DNA of 64,000 bases from Blastocladiella emersonii ATCC 22665 (taxonomy: Eukaryota; Fungi; Blastocladiomycota): contig JANHCV010000006.1 in NCBI GenBank assembly GCA_025594325.1, positions 1,860,001 to 1,924,000 on the forward strand, written 5' to 3'. The translations under genes and the position numbers were made by a program. Shown one piece after another: positions 58,903 through 64,000 of the stretch. Numbering within the stretch: the stretch's first letter is position 1; each line of letters starts with the position of its first letter. The notes beneath the pieces are model-generated. The model saw only the letters and a list, made by a program, of their open reading frames with translations. It was not told the DNA's origin and did not search any database.

Positions 58903-60890
58903 TTAGTTGTAGGTGGGGGTGGGGGTGCCAGCGCAGGGGGTCGAGACGGGGACCTCGGTGGCGGTGGCAGTCGGGGTCGACTCGCAGGGGACCGAGGCGG
59001 GGACGGTCGGGACCTCGGTGGCCGAGCCCGAGCACGGGGTGGTCTCGGTGGGGACCTCGGTGGCGGCGCCGGTGCAGGGGGTCGACGAGGGAACCTCAGT
59101 GGCGGTCACGGGCGTCTCGCACGGGGTCGTGGCGGGGACGGTGGTCGAGACCTCGGTCGCGGTGCCGGTGCAGGGGGTCGTGGCGGGGACCGTGGTCGAA
59201 ACCTCGGTGGCGGTGCCGGTGCAGGGGGTGGAGACCGGGACCTCAGTGGCGGTCTTGACGGGGGTCGACTCGCAGGGGGTCGAAACCGGGACCTCGGTGG
59301 CGGTCACGGGCGTCTCGCAGGGGGTCGTGACGGGGACCTCGGTGGCGGTGACGGGGGTCTCGCAGGGCGTGGTCTCCTTGGGGACCTCGGTCGCGGTGAC
59401 GGGAGTCGAGCACGGGGTCGAGACGGGGACCTCGGTGGCGGTGACGGGCGTGGTGCAGGGGGCGGTGGTCTCCTTGGGCTGCTCGTAGGCGGGCGAGGTC
59501 TCCTTGGGCTGCTCGGGGGTCTCGGGGGTCTTGCCGTAGCCGTAGCCGTAGTCGCCCTCAGCGGGGGTGGTCTCCTTGGGCACCTCGGTGGCGGTCACGG
59601 GCGTCGAGCAGGGGGTCGACACGACGGGGACCTCGGTCGCGGTGACGGGGGTCTCGACGGGGGTCGTCTCCTTGGGGGTCTCGTAGCCGTAGCCGTAGTC
59701 GCCGGCGGGCGTGGTCTCCTTGGGGACCTCGGTGGCCGTCACGGGGACCTCGGGGGTCTTGCCGTAGCCGTAGTCGCCGCCGGCGGGGACCGTCTCGGTC
59801 TCCTTGGGCGTGTCGACGGGCGTGGTCGAGGTCTTCTTGTGGTGCTTCTTGCACTTCTTCTTCTTCTTCTTGGGCTCCTCGCCGTAGCCAGCGGGCGTGG
59901 TCTCGACGGGCTTGTCGGCGTCCTTGCCGTAGCCGTAGTCGCCAGCGGGGGTGGTCTCGACGGGGACCTCGGGCGTCTCGGGGGTCTTGCCGTAGCCGTA
60001 GTCGCCACCAGCGGGGGTGGTCTCAACGGGGACCTCGGTGGCGGTCACGGGCGTGGAGCAAGGGGTGGAGACGACGGGGACCTCGGTGGCCGTGACGGGG
60101 GTCGAGCACGGGGTGGTGGTCGACGAAACCTCGGTGGCGGTGGCCGGGGTGGTGCAGGGCGTGGTCGTGGACGAAACCTCGGTGGCCGTGGCGGGGGTAG
60201 TGCAGGGCGTGGTCGTCGACGAGACCTCGGTGGCGGTCGCGGGCGTGGTGCAGGGCGTGGTCGTCGACGAGACCTCGGTGGCGGTCGCGGGCGTGGTGCA
60301 GGGGGTGGTGGTCGACGAGACCTCGGTAGCCGTAGCGGGGGTAGTGCAGGGCGTCGTGGTCGACGACACCTCGGTGGCGGTGGCCGGGGTGGTGCAGGGC
60401 GTCGTGGTCGAGGTGGTAGTGGTCGTGGTGGTCGACGTCTTGCGGCCGTCTGAGAAGGACGAGGTCGGTGGTGGCGAGAGTCAGCAGGTGCGGATGAAGA
60501 ACAACATAGGATCGGCGCGCTGATCCTGCATCGCGGACAAGCATCCGCGCACACTCGTCATCGTCATGCAGGATCGCGAGGCCGAGAGCTCAGGGACAGA
60601 CAGCTCAGGGACGACGCAACCCTGCATGAACGAGCGCACGCAAAGTTGCAGCGGCAACGATCGGATCAGCGCCGCGGGTCGGCCACGGCGAGCACCGAGC
60701 AGCGAGCGGCAAACGTACAGGCGGGGACGACGGGGGTCGACGAGGGCACCTCGGTGGCGGTGGCCGTGGTGGTGGTGGCGACGGTGGTGGTGGTCTCCTT
60801 GCGGCCGTAGGCGGCGTTGGGGGCCGGGAGGGCAGCCGTAGCGACGGCGAGGGTGGCGACGAACGCGATCGAGAGGGTGACCTTAACCAT
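58903..60890 (-). CDS. Secreted mucin-like Thr/Pro/Glu/Cys repeat protein (about 572 aa; intron 60450-60718)
   Basis: Signal peptide MVKVTLSIAFVATLAVATAA. In-frame splice T|AC (Tyr). TPCxTPxTATEV repeats, GDYGYG repeats and a basic KKKKKKCKKHHKK patch. Confidence 0.88.
60125..60412 (-). repeat. Coding tandem array, 6 x 48 bp (SSTTTPCTTPATATEV)
   Basis: Six consecutive units with the same peptide core and many third-position differences. Boundaries approximate. Confidence 0.85.
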
Positions 60891-60976
60891 GGTGATGAAG
60901 ATGCGTTGGGTTGGCCGTCTATGATCTATGAAGGAGGTTGGCTAACGAGAGCGGACAGGGATCGTGGGGAGCGCGC

Positions 60977-60991
60977 CGACTTTATAGTCCG
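60977..60991 (-). promoter_or_regulatory. TATA box inside a palindromic 15-mer CGGACTATAAAGTCG
   Basis: Reverse complement of cgactttatagtccg; about 87 bp upstream of the ATG at 60890. Identical to 44916-44930. Confidence 0.7.
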
Positions 60992-62775
60992 GCGCCGGCA
61001 GACAGGGCGGCGCTGGGCGCTGGGCGGCCGGCGGCGGTCGGCAAGCTGGGGGGCGGCGGGTGGCGACTCTCCGCCGCCAATCCGCACGTCGCATCTGAAA
61101 CGCACGTTACACACGTTTTGCGCGCCGCCGCCTTTGTCCTATTTCCGCCCGTTGCTGCGGCCCATCGTGTCGCGTCACCTCGTCCATCGCATATCAAAGC
61201 GTCCATCAGGGATGGCCGCGACGTCGGTGGCCGTGGTGGCCGTGGCCATCGCTGTCACGGTCACCGTGGCCACGATCACAGTGCGAGAGCCTCTCGTCCC
61301 ATCACCACGATGATCGCGTCGCGCGGCGCCGTCCCTGGTCGCGACGACGCCTCCCGAGATCTCGGTGCTCGAACGAACGAACAAGGCGGACGGCAGGTTT
61401 GCACGAGGTGTTGCTGTGGCGGCTCGCGTCTCTTGCGCGGCGGCCATCGATTGGTCGGCGGCAGTCGGTCGGCGTCGCCGCCCAATCCCGACCAGGGTTA
61501 TTATTCCTGAGCAGCGTCGTCGACCTGGCCGCGCCACCAGCGTTGACGCGCGAAGTGGACTCAGGGACACGCGCAAGCGCACCAAGCAGCTCAACTTCAT
61601 GCAAGTCATGCACGCAGGGATCCGCCACGCGCCTTGGCCAGCCGGCTCACCGCAGTCACCATGCTGCCGACCCGGCTTCCTCGCGTCAGCTCCGCGGCGA
61701 CCTCGGGCGCGTCTTCCCGCGTTATTCTTCCGTAGCTGGCGATCCTGAAGCACGGCGGCCATCTGCCTGGCCTCCGACCTCAAGCCCAGGTCCGCAGCGG
61801 CCTCGAAACGCTCACACGTCACACCTCAGCGAGCGTGATGCAGTCGGTGATGAGGCGGGTGCGCTTCGCTCACTCGAAGCGGGTGAACCGCGTTGATCGA
61901 CGAGGATGGCGGCGGACAGCGACGAGCGGGGTGAGCGGCTCGTTTCGGGTCGACTTGCGGCAAGCGCGGCGTTAATTAATTACTTTGGGCCACGTGGCCG
62001 CGCTGCTTGCATTCTTTCGTGCGGGGGCCCCTTGTTCGCGCGAGCTCGCGCGAGCGTGCGACTCACCGCACCGCCTGAATGACGACGGCCTGAATCGCTA
62101 TGGATCGTGACGCGACTTGTCGCACTCGACCTCATGGTCGTCGACGGAGTGGGCGGTGTGTGGCGGCGGCATGCAGACGTCGAACTCTTTCTGCCTTCGA
62201 TTAGGGTCGCGGACGATGTGGCAGCGCTCACGCCCTACTCGCCATGCAGTCGCTGATGATCGGGACTTGGCAGGATTGGCGCGTCGGCCGAGTTGCTTGG
62301 AGGGCGTGCTGGGAGCGACGTCTCGCTTAGCGAGAGCATCGGGCGCTCGAGCAACGGCTTCGTTCTTCTCTGCTGTTAGGAGAGCGCCGGGATCGTGCGC
62401 GAGGGCATCACGCGCTCGTACTGCTTCTCTATGACACGCAGCGCAGCCGGTGCTCCTCAGTTTGCAACCGAACATGGTCATCCTAGCTTGGACGACGACG
62501 CACGAGCGTTCGAGCGGCGGTAGAGGCAAATTCCCTTGGTAGAGGGTGTGAGCGAGAGGCCGGGCCGCTTCGCTGCGGTCGAGCACGGGAGCACAGACAC
62601 GGCGTGCAGGATGCATCACCGAAAGCGCGTCGACGAGGGCAAGGCGAGGGCGCGAGGCTGACCGACTGATTGCGAGGCTCAACGGAAGCGGCTGCAGCCA
62701 CGGACGCTCGCTCGCCGGTCGCAGATCCAAACCAAGCTGTATATACACGACAATTCTCACTCGAATGACGCGGCA

Positions 62776-64000
62776 TCAGAGCAAGCCGGCGTCCACGAGG
62801 TTGTTTTTCATGATGATATCCCGGACCGCCGCCATGACGAAGCGTATCTGGGTCGTGTCGGTGGCCATGGTGAGGTGAATGTACACTTCCTTGCTGTCGG
62901 ACCGGTTGAGCTCCTCGAACTTCTCCTGGAAGAAGGCGCACGCGAGGTCGTAGCGCGGGCCGCCCTCGTACTCGGGGAACTCGGCCTCGATCGGCGACAC
63001 GAGGATCTTGTCCTTGAACAGGTCGATCTTGTTGAGGAACAGGATCATGGACGTCTTGGTGAACCACCGCGAGTTGCAGATCGACTCGAACAGCTGCAGC
63101 GACTCCTTCATCCGGTTCTATAGACGCGAGTGTGGTTAGCACACCGTACGCTCGCGCGGGGGTCATGGCCGTGGCCGCGTCCGCAGTGACGAACGCACCT
63201 GGTTCTCGTCCTCGAACAGCCGCTGGTCGTACTCGGAGAGCGCCGCCATGTACACGATGGCCGTCACGTTCTCGAAGCAGTGGATCCACTTCTTGCGCTC
63301 GCTTCGTTGTCCGCCGACGTCGAACATGCTACATCGGATCGCACACGTCAGGTTCGGATCCTCAACGCGCCAAGGAACGTGAGTAAGCGCGTACCGGTAG
63401 GTCGTGTTGTCGATCAGGAACGTGTTCTCGACGATGCCCGTCGTCTTGACACGAGACCGCAGAATGTCCTGGTCTGTTGGCGTGAAGCCCGGCTGCGTGA
63501 TCCGGTCAATGTGCTCAAAGTAGCTACACGGGTCCGGCGGTGCTCGCGTCAGTTGTCGTCGACCCACCGCGTCCACGAACCGCGCGGCAAACGTACTATT
63601 TGGTCGAGTCGTTGAGCTGGTACTCCTTGGATCGACTGAGCGCCGTCTTGACGCCCTCGTCGGTGAGCAGCGCCTTGATGGTGGTCACGAGCGCCGGGTC
63701 GACGGCGGCCGGGTTGACGGCCTTGGCGAGCTCGTGGAACGTGTCGACGAGCGGCGCGGCCGTGGCCTTGTCGCCAAACTCGATTTCGAGCCGGGTCATG
63801 CCCTCGAGGATCGCGGACACGCTCTGGAGCAGGTTTTTGACGATGACCTCGCGGATCGAGACGCGCTCCGAGTCCGAGAAGCCGACGCCGTGGATCAGCT
63901 GCATCTGCTTGAGGATCGTCGACTTGCCGCTCTCGCCCGTGCCGAGCAGTAGCATCTTGATCTCCTTCTCGATGCGCTGCTTGTCGTCGCGCAGCTGCTT
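62776..64000 (-). CDS. Heterotrimeric G-protein alpha subunit, 5' end outside the window, multi-exon
   Basis: [55 protein letters not shown]; C-terminus DAGLL*. Confidence 0.97.

Noticed and set aside
60125-60412. Regular 48-bp repeats as a possible CRISPR array
   Set aside because: There are no unique spacers, variation is confined to codon third positions, and the array lies in frame within a secreted-protein exon.
62098-62760. 220-aa minus-strand ORF downstream of G-alpha
   Set aside because: No recognisable motif, weak codon bias and a non-ATG start. It is probably 3' UTR or intergenic sequence, though a small gene cannot be excluded.

Overview
This is a GC-rich (about 70% in coding regions, by eye) eukaryotic window. 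It has short GT-AG introns with CTGAC/CTAAC branch sites. A flagellar gene (Pierce1/2-like), a cyclic-nucleotide-gated channel, a TmcB-like protein and a chromovirus point to a zoosporic fungus, probably Blastocladiomycota (inference, not proven). It opens with the 3' part of an intact Ty3/Gypsy chromovirus (pol, PPT, 174-bp LTR). That element appears to have inserted into, and truncated, a low-GC F-box-like gene. About 22 further genes follow: TmcB-like membrane protein, cyclin, ankyrin-RasGEF, asparaginase-ankyrin, poly(A) polymerase, THOC7-like, BET3, CNG-type channel, VanZ-like, two paralogous orphan 7TM proteins flanking a Myb/SANT-like gene, Pierce, TSR3, a Gly/His-rich repeat protein, an RTT103-like CID protein, a DH RhoGEF, DCAF7/HAN11, VPS72, glutamate 5-kinase, a secreted Thr/Pro/Cys repeat protein and a 5'-truncated G-alpha. 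The best leads are: (i) an orphan GPCR-like 7TM family; (ii) a CNG channel with a non-canonical filter, TVPGFAD; (iii) an identical 15-bp palindromic TATA element upstream of the two unrelated repeat-protein genes; (iv) the Gly/His/Trp repeat protein; and (v) the compositionally foreign F-box gene hit by the chromovirus. No CRISPR arrays, rRNA or tRNA genes could be supported. All family assignments come from motifs read by eye; no database searches were run.
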